A stretch of DNA of 34,613 bases from a virus (Duplodnaviria; Caudoviricetes): positions 1 to 34,613 of the IMG/VR virus record IMGVR_UViG_3300027193_000023; one strand, written 5' to 3'. The notes beneath the pieces are model-generated. The model had not been told where the DNA came from, made no database searches, and saw only the letters and a list, made by a program, of their open reading frames with translations. Of the stretch, positions 1 to 8,403 are shown piece by piece; the stretch's first letter is position 1; each line of letters opens with the position of its first letter. The translations under genes and the position numbers were made by a program.

Positions 1-1
1 C

Positions 2-106
2 GGCGAACGTCAAGCTGTTAACCAAGACGCTATCGTCAAGCTCATCGGTTTTGCCGGCAACCTCACATCTTCAGGCCCGCAATTCTGCGGCGTTCTGATC
101 GCTTAA
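2..106 (+). CDS. Major capsid protein, C-terminal fragment (redundant copy)
   Basis: Reads GERQAVNQDAIVKLIGFAGNLTSSGPQFCGVLIA*, identical to the end of ORF 32298..32996. Confidence 0.93.
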   Translation, partial: GERQAVNQDAIVKLIGFAGNLTSSGPQFCGVLIA

Positions 107-118
107 AAGGAAACCATC

Positions 119-652
119 ATGGCATATACATTTGACGAACCCCGTTTGGGACTTCAGCAAATTGCTGAAATTAACGACACAGTAGTTACCGCAGGTGGAA
201 CAACTATTGTTGCCCCGCCAGCAGTATTGGGTAGCATTGTTCGTGCGTTTGACCCAATTTTTGGTGAAGGCGAGTTTATCTTGTTGCTAGGTGTTGCAAG
301 CACTGTTGTTGGTTCTGTTGTGCGCTACAACGCTACAACTTACCAAACAACTTTGGTTGTTAACACCGCCGTTCAAGACGTACCTGTTGCAGTCGCTATG
401 TCGGCTTGCACAGCGGGTCTTTATGGTTGGTATCAAATCGCTGGTAATGCAGTCATCAAGAAAACTGCTGTGACCGTTGCACCTAACGTCACTCTGTTCT
501 TGTCGGCTACAGCTGGTCGTGTGAAAGTCTTGGCGTCTGCCGGTCTGCAAGTTGTTGCTGCTCGTTCAGCCAACTTGACTACCGTTACCTCTACGACTTC
601 AACTATTACCGTTACCATCAACCGTCCACATCTCCAGTCACAGATTACCTAA
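119..652 (+). CDS. Putative capsid decoration/cement protein (allele 1)
   Basis: 177 aa, Thr/Val/Ala-rich and beta-like, immediately after the major capsid gene, preceded by AAGGA. Function inferred from position. Confidence 0.6.
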   Translation: MAYTFDEPRLGLQQIAEINDTVVTAGGTTIVAPPAVLGSIVRAFDPIFGEGEFILLLGVASTVVGSVVRYNATTYQTTLVVNTAVQDVPVAVAMSACTAGLYGWYQIAGNAVIKKTAVTVAPNVTLFLSATAGRVKVLASAGLQVVAARSANLTTVTSTTSTITVTINRPHLQSQIT

Positions 653-1420
653 ATGATTGAAGCTGTACTTGATGTTGTAGGGAACACAAAGCCTGACGTT
701 TTGTTGGGCAATGTGCAGCGATCCGTAAAAAGGTCGCTGCCTTGGTTTGATTTTGACGAGTCACCCCAAGGCAGCGTCTGTCTTGTTGGTGGTGGGCCAA
801 GTCTGGTTGACACGATTGACCAGTTAAAAGTCCGTCATCAAAACGGCGCAAAAGTATGGGCAATGAACGGCTCTTACGATCATTTGCAAAGCCAAGGCAT
901 TATCCCTGATGTAATGGTGATGCTTGACGCTCGACCAGAGAACGTGAGATTTGTTCAGAATCCACAGCAATCGACTACGTTTTACATTACTAGCCAATGC
1001 GACGATGCAGTATTTGATGCGTTGGAAGGGTACAAAGTGGTGCTAGTTCACGCCAATACGCCTGGCGTTTATGAATTGCTTGAGCATGAAAAGGCTCGAC
1101 CAGTTCATCTGATGGGCGGGTTTACAACTGTTGGCATCTTGTCGTTGATATTGGCTAAGTTGCAGGGGTTTCAGCGCATCTTTATGTTTGGCATGGATTC
1201 AAGTTACCGAAACGGCGAACACCATGCTTACAAGCAAGAAAGTAATGACGCAGAACGTGTAATTGACGCTATGATTAACGATGTGACGTATAAGTGTGCG
1301 CCGTGGATGGCACAACAGGTAACAGATTTTCAGAATGTCGTAGCAGGCTTTGGTGATGTTACGATTGAAGTATGTGGCGATGGACTTTTGCACGAAATGG
1401 CAAAAGCGATGAGTAACTAA
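653..1420 (+). CDS. Maf/MptE-like (DUF115, CstII-sialyltransferase-like fold) putative glycosyltransferase
   Basis: Family-typical motifs VCLVGGGPSL, VWAMN, PDVMVMLD, TTVG and GFQRIFMFGMDSSY. Confidence 0.75.
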   Translation: MIEAVLDVVGNTKPDVLLGNVQRSVKRSLPWFDFDESPQGSVCLVGGGPSLVDTIDQLKVRHQNGAKVWAMNGSYDHLQSQGIIPDVMVMLDARPENVRFVQNPQQSTTFYITSQCDDAVFDALEGYKVVLVHANTPGVYELLEHEKARPVHLMGGFTTVGILSLILAKLQGFQRIFMFGMDSSYRNGEHHAYKQESNDAERVIDAMINDVTYKCAPWMAQQVTDFQNVVAGFGDVTIEVCGDGLLHEMAKAMSN

Positions 1421-1435
1421 ACTTTAAGGATTATC

Positions 1436-1798
1436 ATGGCATTTCCATCTAGAATTATGGGCGCTGGCAATTCGTCGTTAACTGCACAAGTAATCTGTGG
1501 CGAAGGCGCTGTCGGCCTAGTCGCTACTGGCACAACCGCAGCAGATGCTTTGCAGCTAAACGTATCAAACAACACGATTACGACTTCAGCAGCATCAACT
1601 GGCGTTAAGTTGCCACCTTGCGAAACTGGCGCTGAAATGATTATTCGTAATGATTCGGGTCAGACAATTACCGTCTATCCTTACAATACAAGCACTACAA
1701 TGAACGCAGCTGCCGCAAGTGTTACGCTTGCAAACGCTAAAACAATGTTGGTAAAAGCAACTTCCGCAACTACATGGGTAACATTAACAGGGGCTTAA
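1436..1798 (+). CDS. Small Thr/Ala-rich putative virion protein
   Basis: 120 aa, SD AAGGA, in the structural operon; GVKLP...IRNDSGQTITVYP...TW pattern of small beta-rich virion domains. Confidence 0.55.
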   Translation: MAFPSRIMGAGNSSLTAQVICGEGAVGLVATGTTAADALQLNVSNNTITTSAASTGVKLPPCETGAEMIIRNDSGQTITVYPYNTSTTMNAAAASVTLANAKTMLVKATSATTWVTLTGA

Positions 1799-1799
1799 A

Positions 1800-2336
1800 T
1801 TGGCTTTAGACAGCGATATTCACAGCGCAGACAACCATTTGCACGTTGAATTTTACGTTTACGACAAAGAACCGTATAAAGAAAAGCCGTTTGTTAGAAT
1901 TACAGTACCAGGCGATAAGACGAACATTGTTGACCAGCCCGTTCGGGAAGATCACAAAAGACGTTTTCCACGCCAATGGTTGCACTTTCAGATGCAAAAC
2001 AACAACGCTGAAGTTATTGGCGTACCGTTGGAACAATGGGTAAAAGACGATCCTGAGAACTTTAACGATATGCAGATGGCAGAATTGCAAATCTTTAAAT
2101 TCCAGACAGTTGAGCAAGTTGCTACCGCTACCGATAACCAATTGCAGCGCATTGGCATGGGTTCGACAGGCTTGCGAGAGTTGGCAAGGCGTTATTTGCA
2201 AGTTAAAAACCAATCTTCTAGCCAAACTGAGATTGAACACACCAAGCAGGAACTTGCTCAAGTTAAAGAGCAAATGGCGGCTTTGATGGCTCAGTTGTCG
2301 GAAAAGAAGGTTGGGAGGCCAAAAAAAGAGGAATAA
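1800..2336 (+). CDS. Hypothetical phage protein (head-completion region)
   Basis: 178 aa, TTG start, tightly packed between neighbours, C-terminal coiled coil and KKVGRPKK tail. Confidence 0.6.
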   Translation: MALDSDIHSADNHLHVEFYVYDKEPYKEKPFVRITVPGDKTNIVDQPVREDHKRRFPRQWLHFQMQNNNAEVIGVPLEQWVKDDPENFNDMQMAELQIFKFQTVEQVATATDNQLQRIGMGSTGLRELARRYLQVKNQSSSQTEIEHTKQELAQVKEQMAALMAQLSEKKVGRPKKEE

Positions 2337-3245
2337 ATGTCATCAACGATGCTACAGCTAGTCACCCAAGTTACCAATGAATTGGGTGTATCAACGCCAA
2401 CTACTGTGGCATCGAATACGAACCAAGATGTAATTCAAATCTTGGCGTTGATGAACGCTGCCGGCTATGAGTTCTTGCGAAAGCATGACTGGCGAGAATT
2501 AACTAAACGGCACACATTCACCACAACCTTTAGCGTAACAACTGGTGATGTGCTTGAAAACACATATACGATTACCAACATCCCATCGACAGCTGGGCTT
2601 GATACAACGTATCAGGTTGTAGGTAACGGCATCTCAAATGCGGCTTACATTGAATCGGTTGACTCAGCTACGCAAGTAACGATCAACTTACCCATTACAG
2701 GGACGTATTTAGGCACTTCAATCACTTTTGAAAAAGTGCAGTACCCTTTACCCTCAGATTACGAATCAACCGTTCCTCGTACTCATTGGGATCTCAGCAA
2801 GCATTGGGAGATGCTAGGCCCAGAAAGCCCACAGCAATGGGAATGGCTGCTTTCAGGATTTATCGCTACCGGCCCACGGATTCGCTGGCGCTTGTTGGGT
2901 AAATACTTTCAGATCTGGCCTGGCGTTTCGACTAACGAGTTGTTGGGCTACGAGTATCGGTCAAAGGGTTGGGCATTATCTGACACAGGCGTTGTAAAAG
3001 ATTCATTTACTGCCGACACAGATACTTGCATTTACCCAGATCGACTGATGGTATTGGCTACTAAGCTCAAGTATTTTGAGGCTAAAGGCTTTGATACCAC
3101 AGCGATGTATCGCAACTATATTGAGGAATTTGAGATTGTTCGGGCGCAGGATACGTCAGCGGCTAACTTGTCGTTTGCACCACGCCCAGGCACAGTCTTG
3201 ATCGGCTACGACAACATTCCTGATACTGGCTACGGGACAAACTAA
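2337..3245 (+). CDS. Head-tail adaptor (tail tubular protein A-like)
   Basis: N-terminal helical segment with LRKHDWRELT, then YPLPSDY and a C-terminal helical region; lies directly before the nozzle-like gene. Confidence 0.65.
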   Translation: MSSTMLQLVTQVTNELGVSTPTTVASNTNQDVIQILALMNAAGYEFLRKHDWRELTKRHTFTTTFSVTTGDVLENTYTITNIPSTAGLDTTYQVVGNGISNAAYIESVDSATQVTINLPITGTYLGTSITFEKVQYPLPSDYESTVPRTHWDLSKHWEMLGPESPQQWEWLLSGFIATGPRIRWRLLGKYFQIWPGVSTNELLGYEYRSKGWALSDTGVVKDSFTADTDTCIYPDRLMVLATKLKYFEAKGFDTTAMYRNYIEEFEIVRAQDTSAANLSFAPRPGTVLIGYDNIPDTGYGTN

Positions 3246-4774
3246 TGGCAAGCCGACTTGTTCAAGGTACGGCGGCACGGGTTCAGTCATTACCAGCGCC
3301 TATCGGTGGTTGGAACGTGCGGGACTCCATTGCAAACATGGATACGCTAGATGCCGTTCAATTAACCAATTTGTTCCCCACAGTCAACAATGTGGTGTTG
3401 CGTGGTGGATATACAAAATATTCCACCGGCATCACGGGTCAAGTTCAGACTTTGATGGGTTATTCAAGCGGTGCAACTGACGAATTGTTTGCAATTGCAG
3501 GAACGTCGATTTACGACTGTACTGCTGGTGGTGCAGTTGGCGCAGCGGTCAAGACGGGTCTGAGCAACGCAAAGTGGGAATACACCAACGTCACAACGCC
3601 TGCCGGTGGTTACTTGTATTTGGTCAATGGCGTAGATGCGCCGTTGCTATATGACGGTTCAGTATGGACAAATCCAACCATTACTGGCGTAGGGGCAAGC
3701 AGTTTAAGCAACATTGCCATTTTTAAAAACCAAGTTTGGTTTACGCAAAACGCAAGTCTAAAGGCATGGTATTTGCCTACTCTAAGCATTGCAGGCGCAG
3801 CTGCCGCAATTGACATGAGTTCGGTTGCCCAACTTGGTGGATTCTTGGTTGCCGTGGGAACGTGGACAATTGATGCAGGCTACGGCGTAGACGATAACCT
3901 AGTGTTTATAACGTCCAATGGCGAGGTTATTGTTTGGGCGGGTACTGATCCCTCAGATGCTACGAAATGGGCGCTAGTGGGCGTTTGGAGGGTTGGCAAG
4001 CCTGTTGGTAAGCGATGCCTACTAAAGTACGGCGGCGATATGCTGATGCTGACCTACAACGGTCTATATCCACTTGCCGCAAGCCTGCAATCATCCAGAC
4101 TTGATCCCCGTGTTGCTTTGTCTGACAAAATACAAGGCGCATTTACTGCTGCAACGCAAACGTATGGCAGTAATTTTGGGTGGGACATTATGTTTGACCC
4201 ACAACATAATGCTTTAACTGTAAATGTGCCGGTCGCTGAAGGCCAACAACAGCAATATGTGATGAATAACATCACGAAAGCCTGGTGCAACTTCACGGGC
4301 CAGTACGCTAATTGTTGGGCAATCTTTGACAACGAGCCGTATTGGGGTGGCAATGGCTTTGTTGCTCATGCCTGGGATGACAACTACGCTGATGACACAA
4401 GCGACATAAACGGCTATGCGTTACAAGCGTTTAACTATTTTGATGCCCGTGGGTACAAAAAGTATTTTACTAGAGCTAGACCGTCGATTTTTACTAACGG
4501 CACACCGTCAATATTCATTGGTTTAAACATGGATTTTGATTTGGCAGACACGACTGCGGCGCTAAGTTTTAGCCCACAAGTATCTGCTAAGTGGGACGTT
4601 GCGTTGTGGGACGTAGGCTATTGGGCAACAGACACGGTAATCACAAACAATTGGCAAGGCGTGACTGGGATCGGTTATTGCGCTGCAACACAGTTTAAAT
4701 CTGCCTCTCAAGGAACGACAATTCTATGGGCATCGACGGACATTGTTTACCAACAAGGTTGGGGTGGCATATAA
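3245..4774 (+). CDS. Tail nozzle / P22 gp10-like DNA stabilisation protein
   Basis: 509 aa, Trp/Gly-rich beta-propeller-like, starts PAPIGGWN; TAATG coupling to the adaptor; followed by a GNAT gene as in podoviruses. Confidence 0.65.
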   Translation: MASRLVQGTAARVQSLPAPIGGWNVRDSIANMDTLDAVQLTNLFPTVNNVVLRGGYTKYSTGITGQVQTLMGYSSGATDELFAIAGTSIYDCTAGGAVGAAVKTGLSNAKWEYTNVTTPAGGYLYLVNGVDAPLLYDGSVWTNPTITGVGASSLSNIAIFKNQVWFTQNASLKAWYLPTLSIAGAAAAIDMSSVAQLGGFLVAVGTWTIDAGYGVDDNLVFITSNGEVIVWAGTDPSDATKWALVGVWRVGKPVGKRCLLKYGGDMLMLTYNGLYPLAASLQSSRLDPRVALSDKIQGAFTAATQTYGSNFGWDIMFDPQHNALTVNVPVAEGQQQQYVMNNITKAWCNFTGQYANCWAIFDNEPYWGGNGFVAHAWDDNYADDTSDINGYALQAFNYFDARGYKKYFTRARPSIFTNGTPSIFIGLNMDFDLADTTAALSFSPQVSAKWDVALWDVGYWATDTVITNNWQGVTGIGYCAATQFKSASQGTTILWASTDIVYQQGWGGI

Positions 4775-5172
4775 CCCAAGGCGCTGAAATAGGCCATTGG
4801 GTAGCAGAGCGAGTACAGGGTAAATATTTTGCAGATGGTTCGCAAGCAATTGGGTTAGAGCGTGACGGTCAGATTATTGCAGGCGTGATTTACGAGAATT
4901 GGAACAAAGCCTCGATTGTGTGCCATATAGCAATTGAAGGACGTATTACAAAAGGGTATTTAAAAGCGATATTTAACTACCCTTTTAAGTTTTGTAAGGT
5001 AAAAAAGATTATTGTGCCGGTGAGCAGTACCCATGCAAAAAGCCTAAAATTAGTCACTAAGATGGGTTTTAGTGAAGAAGCAAGGGTTAAAGATGCTGTA
5101 CCGGATGGCGATATTATATTTTTGACATTGGCACGGGAAAAGTGCCGGTTTCTAGGGGTAGAAAATGGGTAA
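4726..5172 (+). CDS. GNAT-fold protein (P22 gp14 / T7 gp13 position); true start probably TTG 4759
   Basis: AIFNYPF...SLKLVTKMGFSEEARVK GNAT motif; sits between nozzle and ejection proteins. Confidence 0.75.
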   Translation: MGIDGHCLPTRLGWHITQGAEIGHWVAERVQGKYFADGSQAIGLERDGQIIAGVIYENWNKASIVCHIAIEGRITKGYLKAIFNYPFKFCKVKKIIVPVSSTHAKSLKLVTKMGFSEEARVKDAVPDGDIIFLTLAREKCRFLGVENG

Positions 5173-6658
5173 GTCGAGCGCAGCACCACCAACACCGGAT
5201 TATGTCGGCGCAGCTAAACAGCAGGGGATTGATAACCTTGCCGCAGCTAAACAGTCGAACATTATGTCTAACCCAAATATGTATACGCCATTTGGCAATC
5301 AAACGGTGACGTATTCAAGCCCAACATTTGACCAATCCGCATATGAAACAGCGTTGGCTAAATACAACGCAAATAAAATTGATCCAAACGCTTATTACCG
5401 AACTGGTGAGGGCGGTCAAACAAGTTTTGACCAAGGTAGTTTTGACTTAGCTAATGCAAAACGAGGTGCAGCGCCAACCCGTGAAGGGTTTATGACTGGT
5501 GGCGGGATGCCAACTGTTACACAAACTTTGACTCCACAAGCGCAACAAACTTTAGACTCGCAACAACGTGTGCAAACAGCGTTGGCTAATCTTGGTGAAG
5601 TTGGCATTTCAAATGCTTACGACACATTATCAAGACCGTTTACGCCAACATCAACTGACATCAAAAAAGATTTTGGTGGATATGGTGCTGTACCTTTAGG
5701 CGATCAATATGGGTCAGCACAAGCAAAAACTGCTGCTGATACTTATGGTTTAGCGCAAAGACAGATTGATACTAACAATCTAACTCAAATGCCTACCAAT
5801 GCAGGAATGAGCGCACAGCAAGCTATTTTGGCAAGACTTGATCCGACAATTCAAGCAGGCGATACATCATTTAAGCAAGCATTAGCAAACCAAGGTTTAG
5901 CGCCAGGCACAGCTGCCTATGATGCTGCATACAGAAATCGTCAAATGGGCGTTAATGACTTATATAACCAAGCTGCGTTGCAAGGCATCAGCCTTGACAT
6001 GGCGGCTCGTCAACAAGGATTAAACGAACAATTAGCGCAAGCTGGTTTATTTAACGCCGCCGTGGGTCAAAACTTTGGTCAAGGCGTTACTGCCGACCAA
6101 CTTGCAAATGCTGCAATTGGTCAGAATTACGGTCAAGGTATGCAAACCCAAGGTACGCAATTTGCCCAAGGTCTTAATAAAGCTCAATTTCAGAATACGG
6201 CACAGCAACAGCAGCTGGCGCAAGATTTTGCGTTACGGGCGCAACCAATTAACGAAATTATTGGTCTTATGGGCGGTTCACAAATTCAATTGCCACAATT
6301 CCAAGGTTATCAGGGTACTAGCGTTGCACCAGCGCCAACATTTGCGGGTACTCAAGCTCAAGGTCAAGCTGATATGTCACGCTACGGTATTCAGCAAGCA
6401 GGCAACAATGCCATGACTCAGGGCTTATTTAGCGCACTTGGAACGGCTGCAATGTTTGCACCAAAATTTTCTGATCGACGCTTAAAATCAAATATTGTTC
6501 AAATTGGCACTCACCCACTTGGAATTGGTATTTATGAATACGACATTTTTGGTAAACGTGAGCGTGGCGTGATGGCAGATGAAGTTGCTAAGGTAATGCC
6601 AGATGCAATCGTGCCGCATGATAGCGGTTTCATGATGGTTAATTACGGGAAATTATGA
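5165..6658 (+). CDS. Putative ejection (pilot) protein with C-terminal peptidase S74-like intramolecular chaperone domain
   Basis: MGKSSAAPPTPDY start, Gln/Ala/Gly-rich body, C-terminal FSDRRLKSNI...GVMADEV...VNYGKL. Confidence 0.75.
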   Translation: MGKSSAAPPTPDYVGAAKQQGIDNLAAAKQSNIMSNPNMYTPFGNQTVTYSSPTFDQSAYETALAKYNANKIDPNAYYRTGEGGQTSFDQGSFDLANAKRGAAPTREGFMTGGGMPTVTQTLTPQAQQTLDSQQRVQTALANLGEVGISNAYDTLSRPFTPTSTDIKKDFGGYGAVPLGDQYGSAQAKTAADTYGLAQRQIDTNNLTQMPTNAGMSAQQAILARLDPTIQAGDTSFKQALANQGLAPGTAAYDAAYRNRQMGVNDLYNQAALQGISLDMAARQQGLNEQLAQAGLFNAAVGQNFGQGVTADQLANAAIGQNYGQGMQTQGTQFAQGLNKAQFQNTAQQQQLAQDFALRAQPINEIIGLMGGSQIQLPQFQGYQGTSVAPAPTFAGTQAQGQADMSRYGIQQAGNNAMTQGLFSALGTAAMFAPKFSDRRLKSNIVQIGTHPLGIGIYEYDIFGKRERGVMADEVAKVMPDAIVPHDSGFMMVNYGKL

Positions 6659-6957
6659 TGCTAAATCAATACGTCAATCTCACGCCACAGCAGAAAATGG
6701 CTCAGATGCTGCAACAGCAAGCACAACCGACCCAGTTGCAGGGCGATATGCAACAGCAGATGCCGCAAGCTCAGAACCCGTTTAGTGGCGTTCAAGACGC
6801 AATGAAAATGTATCAACAAGCAAGCCAACGAAATCAAATGCAAGATATGCAAGATTACATGGCTCGGATGAAACTTGGTCAAGCTCAGACCGGCGGTATG
6901 TTTGATCGTGGCAACGCTGTTGGGCCAGACGTAACTGCAAACAATTACACGGGGTAA
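6655..6957 (+). CDS. Gln/Met-rich hypothetical protein
   Basis: 100 aa, ATGA overlap with the previous gene. Confidence 0.55.
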   Translation: MMLNQYVNLTPQQKMAQMLQQQAQPTQLQGDMQQQMPQAQNPFSGVQDAMKMYQQASQRNQMQDMQDYMARMKLGQAQTGGMFDRGNAVGPDVTANNYTG

Positions 6958-6960
6958 ATC

Positions 6961-8403
6961 ATGGCTACTGTTATGCCAACAACGCAAGGTTATCGTGCGC
7001 CAGGCCCGTATGATGAGGATTACCGTTCAATTGCTCGGCGTGAGCAAATGGCGCAAATTTTGCAACAACAGGCTTTGCAACCAATTGAAGTTGGTGCATA
7101 CCAAGGTATTCAAGCGCCTATTTCGCCATTGTCCGGAATTGCTAAAATTCTGCAAGGTTATTTTGCAGGGCAACAAATGGATAAGGCTGACGAAGGCCGC
7201 CAAGATTTATTATATAAATCTGAAAATGCTGATCGTGCTTTAGTTGGGTTGCCACCTATTGAAAGAACAAGACCGCAACAATTAGCTCAAGCGTTACAGC
7301 AACCAGCGGCTACAACATATGGTGAGGGTGCGCCACCGACAGGTATGTCACCAGCGGGTATGCCACAAACAAGTATGCCATCAACAGGTGTGCCGCAACC
7401 TCAAGTTATGCCAGTTGCTCAATCATTCCCGATTGGGCCATCTGGCGCATACCAAAACTTGCCACCAAATCAAGAAATTGATGCAGTACCGCAAGCAGCG
7501 CCAGTTCAAACTATGCCAACGCAAGGCGTACCGACTCAAGCTGTAGCGCCAAAAGGTCAATTTACGCCACCAGGCGGCGGTTCACCATTGCCATCAGTAA
7601 CCGGCGATCCTGTAAAAGATTTGGCATTGCTTAAACAGTTTAGAGGCGATACAGCTGCATACGTTAAATTTGCTTATGAACAAAACAAGCCACAAGTGTT
7701 GCCTAGAGGTTCTTCATTAGTAACCAATCAAGGTAGAAACATTACTGGAACGCCTGACGAAAAAGGTAACATTATTGTTCAAAACGCTGACGGTAGTTAT
7801 CGAATTGAAAAAGTTGCTGGCGCAGCAGAAACAACACGAAGCGACGCTTTTATAAAAGAATATGCAACTCAAGGCGCACAAGCCACAGTAGCACGGGACA
7901 CCACGCATTTTGGTTTGGCAGAATCCGCACCTCAAAATATTGAAAAAGCTAATCGAATTATTGATTTAATTGATTCAGGTGCATTAACTGGTACGGCAGC
8001 AGAAAGAAAACTTCAAATTGCTCGTTTGTTTAACATTACGGGTAATGGGCCAGAAGAAACAATTAAAAAGACTGAGTTGTTGATTTCTAGTCTTGGTCAA
8101 AACGTGCTTGATAACATTAAAGCGTCCGGTCTTGGTGCAGGACAAGGATTTACAGATACCGACAGAGAATTCTTAAAGAATGTAGTTGGTGGTTCAATCG
8201 AACTTAATGCAAAAACTCTTGCTGATTTGGCTAGATTGCAAAAACTATCTAATCAACGTAACGTTGAAAGATGGAACAAACGGGTTGGCGAAATTGATCC
8301 AAACGTTAGAAAAGACATGGGCTATAAACCCGTTGAGCTAGGCAACACTTACAGTCAAAGCGAAATTCGTGCTGAATTGAAACGCAGAGGATTGACTCAA
8401 TAA
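6961..8403 (+). CDS. Putative ejection/internal virion protein
   Basis: 480 aa with a Pro/Gln-rich linker and helical C-terminus; lies in the ejection-protein block. Confidence 0.6.
   Translation: MATVMPTTQGYRAPGPYDEDYRSIARREQMAQILQQQALQPIEVGAYQGIQAPISPLSGIAKILQGYFAGQQMDKADEGRQDLLYKSENADRALVGLPPIERTRPQQLAQALQQPAATTYGEGAPPTGMSPAGMPQTSMPSTGVPQPQVMPVAQSFPIGPSGAYQNLPPNQEIDAVPQAAPVQTMPTQGVPTQAVAPKGQFTPPGGGSPLPSVTGDPVKDLALLKQFRGDTAAYVKFAYEQNKPQVLPRGSSLVTNQGRNITGTPDEKGNIIVQNADGSYRIEKVAGAAETTRSDAFIKEYATQGAQATVARDTTHFGLAESAPQNIEKANRIIDLIDSGALTGTAAERKLQIARLFNITGNGPEETIKKTELLISSLGQNVLDNIKASGLGAGQGFTDTDREFLKNVVGGSIELNAKTLADLARLQKLSNQRNVERWNKRVGEIDPNVRKDMGYKPVELGNTYSQSEIRAELKRRGLTQ

Larger units (their letters stand above)
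1..1724 (+). repeat. Terminal redundancy, left copy (imperfect direct repeat of 32891..34613)
   Basis: The start cggcgaacgtcaagctgtta recurs at 32891, and the window end ...gccgcaagtgtta matches 1712..1724. Offset is 32890, then 32889 after a 1-nt indel in the A-run at the capsid stop. Confidence 0.97.

Noticed and set aside
119-652. Diversity-generating retroelement explaining the two divergent gene copies
   Set aside because: No reverse transcriptase is present, differences are not adenine-specific, and the copies are part of the terminal overlap.
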